Source of the DNA: Sedimentisphaeraceae bacterium JB056
GTDB taxonomy: Bacteria > Planctomycetota > Phycisphaerae > Sedimentisphaerales > Sedimentisphaeraceae
NCBI GenBank assembly: GCA_044440125.1
Contig: JBITAJ010000029.1
Location: 160,001 to 224,000, forward strand
Reading direction: 5' to 3'
DNA: 64,000 nucleotides
In this document: positions 1 to 10,410 of the stretch, in pieces
Layout: each line of letters opens with the position of its first letter
How positions within the stretch are numbered: position 1 is the stretch's first letter
Translations under genes and position numbers: made by a program
Notes under the pieces: model-generated
What the model saw: only the letters and a program-made list of their open reading frames with translations
What the model was told of the DNA's origin: nothing
Databases searched by the model: none

Positions 1-1
1 T

Positions 2-910
2 GTAGTCGTGGGGTTTAAGTCGTCTATGATCCGCGGGCTTATAGGCGATAAGTTTGCCGGCAGACGTGTTGAGTATGTCGAGGTTATGCCCGATGCGTGC
101 TATTCGGCTGTTGTCAAGGCGTGTCGGCAGTATTGTGAGGATGAGTTTATTATGCTCGATCACAAAAATCTCTACAGCAGCGTTGATGTTGAGGTGCTTG
201 CGGAAAATCCCGGCAGCAGACTTGTTTGTGACAGTTGTCAGCTTAGCGGGCTTTCGTTTGAGGAGGGGATTGGAGAGCGGATTATTGCTGAAGGGTTTGA
301 TTCTGTCGCCGGTTCGCTCAGGAGCGTTGGCGTGAAGGATTATTGTCTGCCGCTGGTCTACCCGTGGCATATACTTGAGGCTAACGTGTTTCTGCTCCGC
401 CGGTTTGATAAATTCGGCGTTCACGGCACGGTTGAGCCAAATGCCACTATCAAGGGCGATGTGTATATCGGCAAAGGCACCGTTATCAAGGATTTCTGCT
501 ACATTGAGGGGCCGGCCTTTATTGATGAGGGCTGCACAATCGGCCCGTTTGCCTATATCCGCAAGGATACGGTGATCGGCAAGGGGGTTCAGCTTGGCCG
601 TATGGAGATGTATGATGTGGTGATTATGGATAATTTCACGTCAAAACATAACAGCTATGCGGGGCATTCTGTAATCGGCGAAGGCGGCAACTTCGGAGCC
701 GGAACCATCACCAGCGATTATCGCCACGACGGCGGCAACCATACTACGCTTGTCGGCGGCAAAAAAGTAGATACCGGCCGCCGTAAACTCGGCGCGTTCC
801 TAGGCGATAATGTCAATACCGGCATTGGGACGCTTATCTATCCCGGCAGAAAGATATACCCAGGAGGCTCAACCCTGCCGGGCGAAGTAGTGAAAGCCGA
901 CAAGAAATAA
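2..910 (+). CDS. GlmU-like sugar-1-phosphate nucleotidyltransferase/acetyltransferase with hexapeptide left-handed beta-helix; 5'-truncated by window
   Basis: Frame is open from base 2 (VVVGFK). YPWHILEAN motif, hexapeptide repeats (IGKGTVIKDFCYIEGPAFIDEGCTIGPFAYIR), NFGAGTITSDYRHDG and TGRRKLGAFLGDNVNTG. Confidence 0.75.
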   Translation, partial: VVVGFKSSMIRGLIGDKFAGRRVEYVEVMPDACYSAVVKACRQYCEDEFIMLDHKNLYSSVDVEVLAENPGSRLVCDSCQLSGLSFEEGIGERIIAEGFDSVAGSLRSVGVKDYCLPLVYPWHILEANVFLLRRFDKFGVHGTVEPNATIKGDVYIGKGTVIKDFCYIEGPAFIDEGCTIGPFAYIRKDTVIGKGVQLGRMEMYDVVIMDNFTSKHNSYAGHSVIGEGGNFGAGTITSDYRHDGGNHTTLVGGKKVDTGRRKLGAFLGDNVNTGIGTLIYPGRKIYPGGSTLPGEVVKADKK

Positions 911-924
911 AGAGAAGCTTATTC

Positions 925-959
925 CAACAGGCGGCGGGCTTATGGTTTGCGGCCTGTTG
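925..959 (+). terminator. Stem-loop after the GlmU-like gene
   Basis: CAACAGGC...GCCTGTTG inverted repeat with a further GC-rich inner stem. Confidence 0.45.
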
Positions 960-1063
960 AATTTTTCAGTGATTTTGAGATTGCTTCAGGTGGTTATAAA
1001 AATATAAAATGCTTGAAAAAGGCGAGTTTTTCGTTAATATACCCTATCTCAAAATTTAATAAT

Positions 1064-1137
<74 letters not shown>

Positions 1138-1146
1138 CTGATGAAG

Positions 1147-1207
1147 AAACCCTGTTTTTGATGTCGAAATCACTGTTTTCAGTATCAAGAGCAGGGTTTT
1201 TGTGTTT
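1147..1207 (+). terminator. Long intrinsic terminator after tRNA-Arg
   Basis: AAACCCTGTTTTTGAT...ATCAAGAGCAGGGTTT followed by TTGTGTTT; homologous hairpin at 57868-57928. Confidence 0.75.
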
Positions 1208-1550
1208 CATTATTTCCTCTGAAACAGCGTGGGGTGCAAAAATACATCCGTTACCAAGTCTTTGCTTTTTAATGGTTAATTGTTTTAATTTGAGCTGTTT
1301 TTTAATACTCAATGCATAATAATTACGTTAGTGTTTTTGCACTCTACGACCATAAATTTACTTTTGCTATTTATCATCCTAGTCTTATAAGAATTATTTG
1401 TATCCACTGCAAATCTTTGTACCTTCAACCAAATTCAAATGATACGGGACGCGTTTAAGAATGTTTGATATTACGAAATTTCAAGCTGCTCAAAATGTGT
1501 TTCTGTGATTAAGTAAATCTGAATGAGTTTATACCGTATGTAGCTTGATT

Positions 1551-1737
1551 TATGGTATACCATATACATGATGTATGTTCTGTTTTGAATATTTACTTAC
1601 TTTTACGCTGTGGATATTTTGAGTTTTAGACTTGTAAATTCTTTTTATATAGGATTTTATGTATAAAGATTTGGCTTGTTTGGTATTTTGTTTTTTAACT
1701 TGACATGTTTTTGAGTCTTTATATACTTGGTATACCA
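1551..1737 (+). promoter_or_regulatory. Promoter of first GntR gene with two TGGTATACCA palindromic operators
   Basis: TATGGTATACCATA at 1551-1564. TTGACA (1700-1705)-16 bp-TATACT (1722-1727) is followed immediately by TGGTATACCA (1728-1737), a FadR/GntR-type palindrome. Confidence 0.75.
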
Positions 1738-1766
1738 TTGAAGTTTGTTATGTAAGGCTATTAAAT

Positions 1767-2459
1767 ATGATCTTAAAATCTGATGACAAAAAAAATGAAA
1801 CGACTGTAACTCGTCAGGATTATGCTTACAAAGAGTTGAAGCTGATGATTGCAAATGGGATAATTTCTAAAGAGGAGCGTTTGGTTGAAAGACAGGTGTC
1901 TGAAGCGTTAGGCCTTAGCCGCGTTCCTGTCAGGGAAGCTTTGCTGAGGCTAAATGCAGAAGGAGTACTTGTTTCTCTGCCTAAAGGAGGTTTCATGGTA
2001 AAGCGATACAGTGATAAGGAAATTGTCGAGCTTTACCAATTGAGAGATGCTGTTGAAAGTTATTCGGCTAAGTTAGCAGCTGAAAAAGACTCCAATGACG
2101 ACATAAAAGTGTGTATAAATATACATTCAAAACTCGAAAAATTGAGAGGTACAGGATTGAAATATTCAGAATATGACGAGCTTTTCCACCGTTCGATATT
2201 AAAAGCTGGTGGTAACGATCGTATGACTGAAATATTTGACATCTTACATTATCAGCATGTTTGTTTTACGGTTAAAGATATAGGTATCAGAAGTGAAACC
2301 GGAAGCCTGGATGAAGTTATAGAGAGTCATTCCAAAATATTAGAAGCTATAAAAAGGCATGATGGTGAAGCCGCGGCTGCTGCTATGAGTGAGCACATCA
2401 ACAAGGCTATGAAGGGTTATCTGAGAAGGAAAGAAGAAAGCAAGCTTCAGAAAGTCTGA
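1767..2459 (+). CDS. GntR family (FadR/FCD) transcriptional regulator
   Basis: wHTH ERLVERQVSEALGLSRVPVREALLRL; FCD domain DELFHRSI...HSKILEAIKRHD. Confidence 0.9.
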   Translation: MILKSDDKKNETTVTRQDYAYKELKLMIANGIISKEERLVERQVSEALGLSRVPVREALLRLNAEGVLVSLPKGGFMVKRYSDKEIVELYQLRDAVESYSAKLAAEKDSNDDIKVCINIHSKLEKLRGTGLKYSEYDELFHRSILKAGGNDRMTEIFDILHYQHVCFTVKDIGIRSETGSLDEVIESHSKILEAIKRHDGEAAAAAMSEHINKAMKGYLRRKEESKLQKV

Positions 2460-2558
2460 AACTGAAATTGTGGAATAATATCCTACTTAGCTTCTGAGCT
2501 TTGCCTATAAGCATATCTTGTTAATTTATGATTTTTATTCATATACTATGAAAGGTTA

Positions 2559-3494
2559 ATGATGACAGAATTTAAATATGAACCATCCCTGTATGTTCCG
2601 TTCAGAGATAAGGAAGTAGTTGCAAGATGCAGGGCGATCAAAAGAGAAGACATTGCCAAGCATCCTAATCCTAATTACAGAATCCATGTGCTCAAAGATG
2701 GTGATATGGCCTGGAACCAGGTTACTGATATATTTCGTCGTATTAAAGAGTCCGGTGATAAAGGGGAAAAGCTTGTAATGATCCTGCCGAATCCCAATCC
2801 GCTTTATCGTAAAGTTGCCGCATTGATCAATGCATGCAGGGTCGATTGCAGCAATATTTACGCATTTGCGATGGATGAGTATGCCGATCAGGACGGAAAC
2901 ATTGCTCCTGAGGATTGGCCCTACGGTTTTACATACGCTATGATGAATAACTTTTATTATCAGATAGATGAAGATCTAAGGCCTGCGAAAGATCATTTTG
3001 TCGGTTTTAATAACTCTAATCTGAATGATTTTGAGAAAATGATAGCCGATCTTGGCGGAGCCGACATCTGCTATAGCGGCCCCGGCTGGACTGGCCATTT
3101 AGCCTTTATTGAGCCTGATGCCCCTGAATTTGATGCACCTCTTGAAGAATGGAAACAGATGGGACCGAGGATCGTAACCCTGAGTCCGTTTACTCTTGCC
3201 CAAAATTCGCTTCACGGCATATTTGGTAAAAGCGGGGATCTCTCTGCCGTACCGCCCAAGGCAGCTACTATTGGGCCTAAGCAGGTTATTGAAGCCAAGC
3301 AGAGATACGATAATCATGCCTTGAGTATTCACGGCACAAGTACGTCATGGCAAAGAATGATGACGCGACTTGTTCTTCACGGGCCTGTTACTCCTAAGAT
3401 TCCCGAGTCTATACTTCAGACTTTGGATACCGATGTTTATGTGTCGGAAAATGCTGCCGCAAATATAGAGACTGACTGGGAGAAAGGCTATTAA
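2559..3494 (+). CDS. Glucosamine-6-phosphate deaminase/isomerase (NagB-like) family protein
   Basis: FAMDEYAD and GPGWTGHLAFIEP motifs; VPPKAATIG; GPVTPKIPESILQ. Confidence 0.7.
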   Translation: MMTEFKYEPSLYVPFRDKEVVARCRAIKREDIAKHPNPNYRIHVLKDGDMAWNQVTDIFRRIKESGDKGEKLVMILPNPNPLYRKVAALINACRVDCSNIYAFAMDEYADQDGNIAPEDWPYGFTYAMMNNFYYQIDEDLRPAKDHFVGFNNSNLNDFEKMIADLGGADICYSGPGWTGHLAFIEPDAPEFDAPLEEWKQMGPRIVTLSPFTLAQNSLHGIFGKSGDLSAVPPKAATIGPKQVIEAKQRYDNHALSIHGTSTSWQRMMTRLVLHGPVTPKIPESILQTLDTDVYVSENAAANIETDWEKGY

Positions 3495-3495
3495 A

Positions 3496-4818
3496 ATGTC
3501 CGATACTCTTAAAGCGGGCGCATCTCAGGTAGATATCAGCCCTAAAGATTCACAATTTTTATATGGCTATCCCCATGTCGAAAGATACAGCACGGGAATA
3601 CACGACAGAATCCAAAGCTCTTCACTATATCTCAATGATGGTGAGCATGAGGTTCTTTTTATCGCTAATGATATCATTTATCTTACCAAAAAAGTTACCG
3701 ACGAGGTAAAAGAGATAATAGAAAAGCAAACCGGGATATCGAAGCGTAACATAGTTATAACGGCTACGCATACTCATTCGGGGCCTTCTGTTTCCAAACA
3801 TCTCAATAATCGTGCCGATAAGGCAGTACCTGAGCCGGATGCCGGCTATGTTTCGTTCCTAAAAGAGATGATAGTTAAATCCGCTGTGAATGCCTGCAAA
3901 AGTATTGCCTCGGCTGAGCTGGGTTTCTCCGTTGCCGACAGTACGGGGATAGGCACCAATCGCAGGGATCCTGAAGGCGTTAGTGATCACCAGGTTCCGG
4001 TAATGGTTGTTAGAAACTCTCAAACCAAGGAATATATCGCATGTATGTTGGTTTGTTCGATGCATCCCACTGTTCTGCATGAAGACTCGACTCTTGTCAG
4101 CGGGGATTTCCCGGGGATGTCTCGTAAATATCTTCAGGAGACTGTTTTTGGGAAAGATTGCCCGGTTCTGCATCATACAGGCCCGGCAGGTAATCAGAGC
4201 CCCAGACATATAACAAAAGCAAATACTTTCGAAGAGGCAATACGTTTAGGCGAGATGCTCGGAAGGTCTGTAAAAAGTGCTATTCTGAGCGTAAAATATA
4301 AAAGGGATATGAATATTTCACTCAAAAGTAAGGTTTTGGATGATCTGCCGAGAAAGGTTTTTCCTTCAGTAGAATTATCAGAATTGAAACTTGCCAATGC
4401 CGTAGATACTTTATCTGAGCTACGCAAAAAAAATGCTTCTAAACAGCAGATAAGAACGGCTGAATGCGATTGGTTCGGTGCAGAAGAAAGTCTCACTTTA
4501 TCAAAAGCAGCGATTGACGGTTCATTGGAAGAAGCTTATAAAAACCTCTTACCTGTAACAATACACTTGGTAAGTATAGGGAATTATAATTTCGTTTTCT
4601 GGCCTGGTGAGATATTTGTGGAATACGCATTGGAAGTTAAAAGCAAATGCCCGAATACTTTTGTAGTTTCGCTTGCAAATCAGCAGCTTCAGGGTTATAT
4701 AGTTACCCAGGAAGCTTTTGTGCAGGGAGGATACGAAGCATCCAACTCACTTTTCGCATGGCAAACTGGTCAGGTTTTTGTTGATGAAACTTTAGAACTT
4801 TTGCAAACTTGCGGTTAA
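3496..4818 (+). CDS. Neutral/alkaline ceramidase-like amidohydrolase
   Basis: ITATHTHSGP, MHPTVL, SGDFPG, PGEIFVEY, GGYEA motifs. Confidence 0.75.
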   Translation: MSDTLKAGASQVDISPKDSQFLYGYPHVERYSTGIHDRIQSSSLYLNDGEHEVLFIANDIIYLTKKVTDEVKEIIEKQTGISKRNIVITATHTHSGPSVSKHLNNRADKAVPEPDAGYVSFLKEMIVKSAVNACKSIASAELGFSVADSTGIGTNRRDPEGVSDHQVPVMVVRNSQTKEYIACMLVCSMHPTVLHEDSTLVSGDFPGMSRKYLQETVFGKDCPVLHHTGPAGNQSPRHITKANTFEEAIRLGEMLGRSVKSAILSVKYKRDMNISLKSKVLDDLPRKVFPSVELSELKLANAVDTLSELRKKNASKQQIRTAECDWFGAEESLTLSKAAIDGSLEEAYKNLLPVTIHLVSIGNYNFVFWPGEIFVEYALEVKSKCPNTFVVSLANQQLQGYIVTQEAFVQGGYEASNSLFAWQTGQVFVDETLELLQTCG

Positions 4819-4891
4819 CTTTTAAAATATGATATCTTAGTTTTGGATAATTTTTACTAAACGTTTACGGCAGAAATAAAGGACTTATAAA

Positions 4892-5806
4892 ATGTTAAAG
4901 ATAGGAATGATAGGTTTAAGCGATGGTAACGGTCATCCTTATTCATGGTCGGCGATAGTCAACGGCAAGTATGAACCGCAATTAATGAAAGATTGCGGAT
5001 TTCCTACTATACCTGCTTATCTTGGGGCGAACTCTCACCTGCTTGGGATTGAAGGTGCGAAGATAACACATTTGTGGACCCAAGATGCATCTGTTTCAAA
5101 ACATGTCTCTCAAGCCTCATGCATCGATAACGTTGTATCTGATATTAGAGATATGATCGGCGAGGTGGATGCAGTACTTCTTGCCAGAGACGATCCGGAA
5201 AATCACAGACAAATGGCAGAGCCGTTCATTGATGCCGATATTCCGATTTTCATTGATAAGCCCCTTGCCTTTTGCAGAGATGATCTTGCTTACTTTTCGC
5301 AAAAGGTAGAGCAAGGTAAGTTTGTAATGTCTTGTTCGGCCCTTAGATACTCGGCGGGGAATCAAAGCTTTAGCGATAAGCTTGATAGCATCGGCGAGGT
5401 AAAGCTGGCTGTTGCCGTTGGTCCTAAGGATTTGCGAAAATATGCCGTACACTATATTGAAGGAATGATAGCTTTTCTCGGTGATCCGGCCATTGAGTCT
5501 GTCCGGCATATAAGTGAAAGCGGTAAAGATGTTATTTATCTGGAACTTGCTAACGGGATGCTTGCCACGGTTCATGTGTTTAAAGGCATCACATCGGGTG
5601 AACTGAATATATATGGCGACAAAGGCACACTGAATATCGTTCACGGCGGTGCGTTTATTTCTTTCAGATCACAACTTATTGAGGCGGTCAAGTCGTTCAA
5701 AGAAGGCAAACCCAGACTCGATTTCTCAAAGACCTACAATATAATCAATGCATTGGTGGGTGCCAGAGAGAGCCTTGAACAAGGCGGGAAAAAGATAAAT
5801 CTGTAA
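4892..5806 (+). CDS. Gfo/Idh/MocA family oxidoreductase
   Basis: N-terminal KIGMIG...NGHPYSWS; IFIDKPLA; MSCSALRYS. Confidence 0.75.
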   Translation: MLKIGMIGLSDGNGHPYSWSAIVNGKYEPQLMKDCGFPTIPAYLGANSHLLGIEGAKITHLWTQDASVSKHVSQASCIDNVVSDIRDMIGEVDAVLLARDDPENHRQMAEPFIDADIPIFIDKPLAFCRDDLAYFSQKVEQGKFVMSCSALRYSAGNQSFSDKLDSIGEVKLAVAVGPKDLRKYAVHYIEGMIAFLGDPAIESVRHISESGKDVIYLELANGMLATVHVFKGITSGELNIYGDKGTLNIVHGGAFISFRSQLIEAVKSFKEGKPRLDFSKTYNIINALVGARESLEQGGKKINL

Positions 5807-5826
5807 TAAGTGTTGAAAGCATAACA

Positions 5827-6642
5827 ATGAAATACGATATTAAAAACCTCTTCGATCTTAGAGGCAAGGTTGCCGTGGTAACCGGCGGAGCGGGATGGCT
5901 TGGCAGATCAATGAGTGAAGCCTTGGCAGAACTGGGGGCTGTGGTGATAATCATTGACAAAAGTCGCGATGCTGTAGATTCGGCCCTTGCTGAATTTGAG
6001 AAGTCAAAAGCTGAGGTTTATGGTGTTATAGCTGATACGATAAGTGATGAAACAGAAATACGTAAGATTATAGATGATGTTTATGACAGGCATAAGAGGC
6101 TTGATATACTTGTGAACTGTGCGGTGAAGACATCAGCTGATCTTATTGATAAAGTCGGCTATAAGCATTTTGCCGAAAATAGCAAAAATTCGGCATCCTA
6201 TGTTGTATTGTCTCAGCAGGCGGCCAAATACATGCGAAAAAATGAATCGGGTGGTTCGATCATTAATATAGCCAGTATGTACGGCACAGTTACCGGCTAT
6301 CCGGATGTTTATGAGGGATTGACGCCGCCTAACCCTATAACATATCAGGCGGATAAGGCCGCAGTTATTCAGATAACAAAGCATATGGCGGTTTATTATG
6401 CCAAAGATGGCATAAGAGTTAATTCTATAAGCCCCGGTCCGTTTCCTAATTCGAGTAAAAAATTCTATGCGGAAAATCCGAAGACAAAAGAGTTTTTAAA
6501 AAGACTTGAACAGAGAGTGCCTATGAAACGCTATGGCAAGCCCTATGAGATCAAAGGCGCTGTTGCACTGCTGGCGAGCCAGGCGTCAAGCTTTATGACC
6601 GGCCAGAATATACATGTCGATGGCGGCTGGACAATATGGTAA
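5827..6642 (+). CDS. Short-chain dehydrogenase/reductase (SDR)
   Basis: TGGAGWLG, NIASMYG, YxxxK (YQADK), VNSISPG, VDGGW. Confidence 0.9.
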   Translation: MKYDIKNLFDLRGKVAVVTGGAGWLGRSMSEALAELGAVVIIIDKSRDAVDSALAEFEKSKAEVYGVIADTISDETEIRKIIDDVYDRHKRLDILVNCAVKTSADLIDKVGYKHFAENSKNSASYVVLSQQAAKYMRKNESGGSIINIASMYGTVTGYPDVYEGLTPPNPITYQADKAAVIQITKHMAVYYAKDGIRVNSISPGPFPNSSKKFYAENPKTKEFLKRLEQRVPMKRYGKPYEIKGAVALLASQASSFMTGQNIHVDGGWTIW

Positions 6643-6675
6643 ATATGAACAAGATTTTTTAATAAAGGGTTTGAT

Positions 6676-7452
6676 ATGAATGTTAAGCAACTTTTAAGTC
6701 TTAAAGATAAAGTTATACTCGTTACCGGGGGAGCCGGTAATTATGGCAAATGTATTGTTGAAGGCCTCGGGGAAGCTGAGGGCACGGTAATAACGGCCTC
6801 AAGAAATCTTGATGCCGGAGAAGCCTTTGCGGCACAGTGCAGAGAAAGAGGACTGGATGTGCATGCTATGAAGCTTGACCAGGCAGATCATGAATCTGTC
6901 TTAAAGCTGAAGGAAGATATAGTTTCGCAGTTTTCGGGTCTTGACGTACTGGTGAACAATGCTGTGGCAAGGCCGGCAAAAGGTTACGGTGCTTCTCTGG
7001 ACTCACTTCAGGAATCGCTTGCAGTCAATGGTGTAGGCGTCATGGACCTGACTCGTGAGATGGTTGAGATTATTGGAAAACGCGGCTCGGGGGTTATTGT
7101 CAATATTGCGTCCATGATGGGTATGTTCGGTCCTGATCTTTCCAATTATGAAGGGACCGATATGGGGGACCCTTGCCCGGATTATGCTTTCCATCGCGGG
7201 GGAATGATAAACTATACCCGCTATCTGGCAAGGGTACTTGCTGATAAGAATATTCGCGCTAACTGCATCAGCCCCGGCGGACTTTTCAATCATCAAAATC
7301 CGATTTTTGTGGATAATTACTCAAGGAAAGTCCCCGCAGGCAGAATGGCCAATAATGATGATATAAAAGGGCTGGCGGTGCTGCTTGCCTCAGATGCTTC
7401 AGCTTATATAAACGGCGAAAATATACTGATGGACGGGGGGATGCATTGTTGA
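6676..7452 (+). CDS. Short-chain dehydrogenase/reductase (SDR) with YxxxR variant
   Basis: TGGAGNYG, VNNA, NIASMMG, YAFHR in place of YxxxK, NCISPGG, MDGG. Confidence 0.85.
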   Translation: MNVKQLLSLKDKVILVTGGAGNYGKCIVEGLGEAEGTVITASRNLDAGEAFAAQCRERGLDVHAMKLDQADHESVLKLKEDIVSQFSGLDVLVNNAVARPAKGYGASLDSLQESLAVNGVGVMDLTREMVEIIGKRGSGVIVNIASMMGMFGPDLSNYEGTDMGDPCPDYAFHRGGMINYTRYLARVLADKNIRANCISPGGLFNHQNPIFVDNYSRKVPAGRMANNDDIKGLAVLLASDASAYINGENILMDGGMHC

Positions 7453-7511
7453 TCAAATAAGTATCCGGTCGTAAATTTGTATCATATTTTAAGAGAAGGT
7501 TAAAAATTAAA

Positions 7512-8414
7512 GTGATTGCTAAAAAAATTATTGAAGAGGCCATGTTTGGGGCTATTGTACGTGCCGCAACAATGCTTCCGCCGGACGTTAAGAAAACTCT
7601 TGAGGAAATTAAAGTGCAGGAGAGTGATCCTATCGCAATTGAGCATCTGCGTTTGAGCAGCGAGAATTTTCAAATGGCCGAAGAAGGTAAGGGGTTGCTT
7701 TGCGGCGATACGGGCTTTCCTCTATTTTTCGTAAAGATAGGCAAAAAAGTTGAACTGGAAGGCGGTTTTTCTGCTATCTATGAAATCGCTTCAGTGGCGA
7801 CTCGTAATGCGACAAAGCAGGCATATCTAAGACCTACAATGGTGGATCCTATTACACGTGACAATCCCGGCGATAATGTTGGACCGGGAATGCCAAGGGT
7901 GGAAATAGAGTTTTCGGACGATATTGAAGGCATTGAGATAATTGGGGCCCCAAAAGGAGGCGGTTCTGAAATATTCGGTACTTTTTATAGAATGCTGTTC
8001 CCTTCCGACGGATTGGCCGGTGTATGCAAGTTTATACTTGACAGTATTAAAGAGGGTTGTTACTCGGGCAAAATATGTCCGCCGGCTATAGTTGGTGTGG
8101 GTATAGGCGGGACAGCCGATGTCTGCATGAAATTAGCTAAACATGCTGCGTTGCTAAGGCCGCTGGGCAGATTCAGCAATGATCCTGAGATCGAAAAGCT
8201 TGAAAGAAAACTGCTTGAAGCCACTAAAGGCTTCGGTCTTGGGCCGATGGGCGCTCGCGGGATTAATTCGGTTATGGGTCTCCACATTGAGACAGCCCTG
8301 ACTCATACCGCGGCACTTCCGGTTGCCGTAAACGCTCAATGCATAGTGGGAAGACGCTGGAAGGCAATGATAAGTACTGATGGGAAGATAACATATACAG
8401 GAGAGATGGGATGA
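7512..8414 (+). CDS. Fe-S hydro-lyase (tartrate dehydratase/class I fumarase) alpha subunit
   Basis: LCGDTG, PKGGGSE, CPPAIVGVGIGG, GLGPMG, LPVAVNAQC. Confidence 0.85.
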   Translation: MIAKKIIEEAMFGAIVRAATMLPPDVKKTLEEIKVQESDPIAIEHLRLSSENFQMAEEGKGLLCGDTGFPLFFVKIGKKVELEGGFSAIYEIASVATRNATKQAYLRPTMVDPITRDNPGDNVGPGMPRVEIEFSDDIEGIEIIGAPKGGGSEIFGTFYRMLFPSDGLAGVCKFILDSIKEGCYSGKICPPAIVGVGIGGTADVCMKLAKHAALLRPLGRFSNDPEIEKLERKLLEATKGFGLGPMGARGINSVMGLHIETALTHTAALPVAVNAQCIVGRRWKAMISTDGKITYTGEMG

Positions 8415-9055
8415 TTGAAAATTCAAATGAGATCAAGAAGTTAAAGCTTCCTTTGACCGAATCGGATGCAAGGTCTCTCCGGCTTGGTGATATCGTAACC
8501 CTTTCAGGATTGCTTTTTACCGGAAGAAGCCGCTTTCATATCAGAGCGATTGAAAATAATATTCTTCCACCTATAGATTTTGATCAAATTAACTGTTTTT
8601 TTCACGTAGGGCCTGTTATGAAGCAGGAGGGCGGCGGTTGGCAGCCGGTGAGTATCGAACCCACATCAAGTATTCGTTTTGAGAGATATTCCGGAGACGT
8701 TGTCCGTAAGCTGAACCTACGTGTTTTGATCGGCAAAACTACAATGGGCCCCGATACCGCATCTGCACTGAAAGAGATAGGCGGGGTACATTTGACTAAA
8801 ATAGGCATTTGCGGAAACATATTGAAAGATAAGATAGTTAAAGTTCATAATGTTTATTTTCTTGATGAGCTTGGCAAAACTGAGGCTACCTGGATTTTTG
8901 AAGTCAAGGATTTTGGGCCGTTTTTTGTAGATATTGATTCCAGTGGCAATAATTATTTTGAGCAAATTAATGGGGAAACAGAATCAAAAATGCCGGGCAT
9001 TTATGCGAAGTTAGGAATAAATGAAGATTATGATTATACGAAGGTAACTCCATGA
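8411..9055 (+). CDS. Fe-S hydro-lyase beta subunit
   Basis: LRLGDIVTLSG, FHVGPV, PTSSIRF, IGK, ELGKTEA, FGP...IDSSGN; ATGA overlap with the alpha gene. Confidence 0.85.
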   Translation: MIENSNEIKKLKLPLTESDARSLRLGDIVTLSGLLFTGRSRFHIRAIENNILPPIDFDQINCFFHVGPVMKQEGGGWQPVSIEPTSSIRFERYSGDVVRKLNLRVLIGKTTMGPDTASALKEIGGVHLTKIGICGNILKDKIVKVHNVYFLDELGKTEATWIFEVKDFGPFFVDIDSSGNNYFEQINGETESKMPGIYAKLGINEDYDYTKVTP

Positions 9056-10410
9056 ATATAACATTTGTATCGCCGTGCGGTATGTTGGGATACGGTTATC
9101 CGCTTGCAAGTCTTGAAGCGGCGATGAAATATAAACCTGATTTTATAGGAGTCGACTGCGGCAGTACCGATCCGGGACCTTATTATCTTGGAACCGGTAA
9201 AAGTTTTGTACATCCCACTCAATTGAAACGTGATCTTTCGCCATTATTGCTGGCCTCAAAGAAAGCCGGCATACCTCTGATAATCGGTACCGCGGGTGGA
9301 TCGGGGTCGAAAAAAAACGTTGAGTTTTTTATGAACATACTTCAAGAGGCGGTACGGGAACAGAAATTATCTTTTAAAGTGGCGGTGATCGATTCAGAAA
9401 TTGACAAATCTATAGTTAACGAAGCTTTAAAACAAGGGCGAATATCTCCTTGTGGATTTTCCCATGAGCTTTCCCGTGATGATATAGAGGATGCCGATTG
9501 TATAGTCGCTCAGATGGGAACAGAGCCTATAGCGCAAGCTCTTCGTGGTGGAGCGGAAATTATAATTGCAGGCAGATGTTGTGATACCGCAATATTTGCG
9601 GCTATGCCTATAATGAAAGGTTTTGATCCGGGACTGGCTTTGCATGCTGCGAAAATTGCTGAATGCGGTACGTTATGTGCTGTGCCGGCAGGTGCTAATG
9701 ATACGCTTGTTTGCATGATAGAGTCCGAAAGTTTCAGCGTAGTACCGGCTAATGCCGAAAAAATATGTACCCCTCAAACTGTTGCCGCTCACTCTCTTTA
9801 CGAGCAGCCTGATCCTAACTGTTTTTATGAGCCGGAAGGAAAGATAGATCTCTCCGATTGTGAATTTTCTTCTGATGGTGAAAGAGCGGTAGAAGTGAGA
9901 GGGACAAAACTTATACCACCTGAAAAAAATACAATAAAACTCGAGGGAACAAGGCTGTGCGGCTACAGGTCGATAACTATTGCCGGAATTCGTGACCAAA
10001 GATGTATCGAAAACATTGATGTTATAGAGAAGAGTGTCAGGGAGGCAGTTAAACAGAATCTTTCGAGCAAGATAAGTCCTGATGACTATTCGTTGAGATT
10101 TTTACGATACGGTATGGATGGTGTAATGGGTAGACTGGAAGCTTCGGAAGAAAAGCCTTACGAAGTGGGTTTGTTGATAGAGGCGGTTGCTCCTTCTCAG
10201 GCACAAGCCGATATGGTCATAGGTCTTGCCAGAGCCACCTGCCTTCACCAGCACTTCAGCGGGAGAAAGACAACGGCAGGCAATCTTGCTTTTCCTTTTT
10301 CACCCTCCGATATAAGCTGTGGTCAGGTATGGGAATTTTCAGTTTATCATTTGATGGAAATTGATGATGAAAAATCTTTATTTCCGATTACAATACAGGA
10401 GATAAATTAA
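9052..10410 (+). CDS. AtuA-like (DUF1446) family protein
   Basis: GMLGYG, DCGSTDPGPYYLG, IGTAGGSG, AQMG, GRCCD, AKIAECG, TTAGNLAFPFSP. Confidence 0.8.
   Translation: MNITFVSPCGMLGYGYPLASLEAAMKYKPDFIGVDCGSTDPGPYYLGTGKSFVHPTQLKRDLSPLLLASKKAGIPLIIGTAGGSGSKKNVEFFMNILQEAVREQKLSFKVAVIDSEIDKSIVNEALKQGRISPCGFSHELSRDDIEDADCIVAQMGTEPIAQALRGGAEIIIAGRCCDTAIFAAMPIMKGFDPGLALHAAKIAECGTLCAVPAGANDTLVCMIESESFSVVPANAEKICTPQTVAAHSLYEQPDPNCFYEPEGKIDLSDCEFSSDGERAVEVRGTKLIPPEKNTIKLEGTRLCGYRSITIAGIRDQRCIENIDVIEKSVREAVKQNLSSKISPDDYSLRFLRYGMDGVMGRLEASEEKPYEVGLLIEAVAPSQAQADMVIGLARATCLHQHFSGRKTTAGNLAFPFSPSDISCGQVWEFSVYHLMEIDDEKSLFPITIQEIN

Noticed and set aside
1210..1550. Integrase remnant at the island's left end
   Set aside because: AT-rich sequence with no tyrosine- or serine-recombinase motif that I could recognise; a translated search would be needed.
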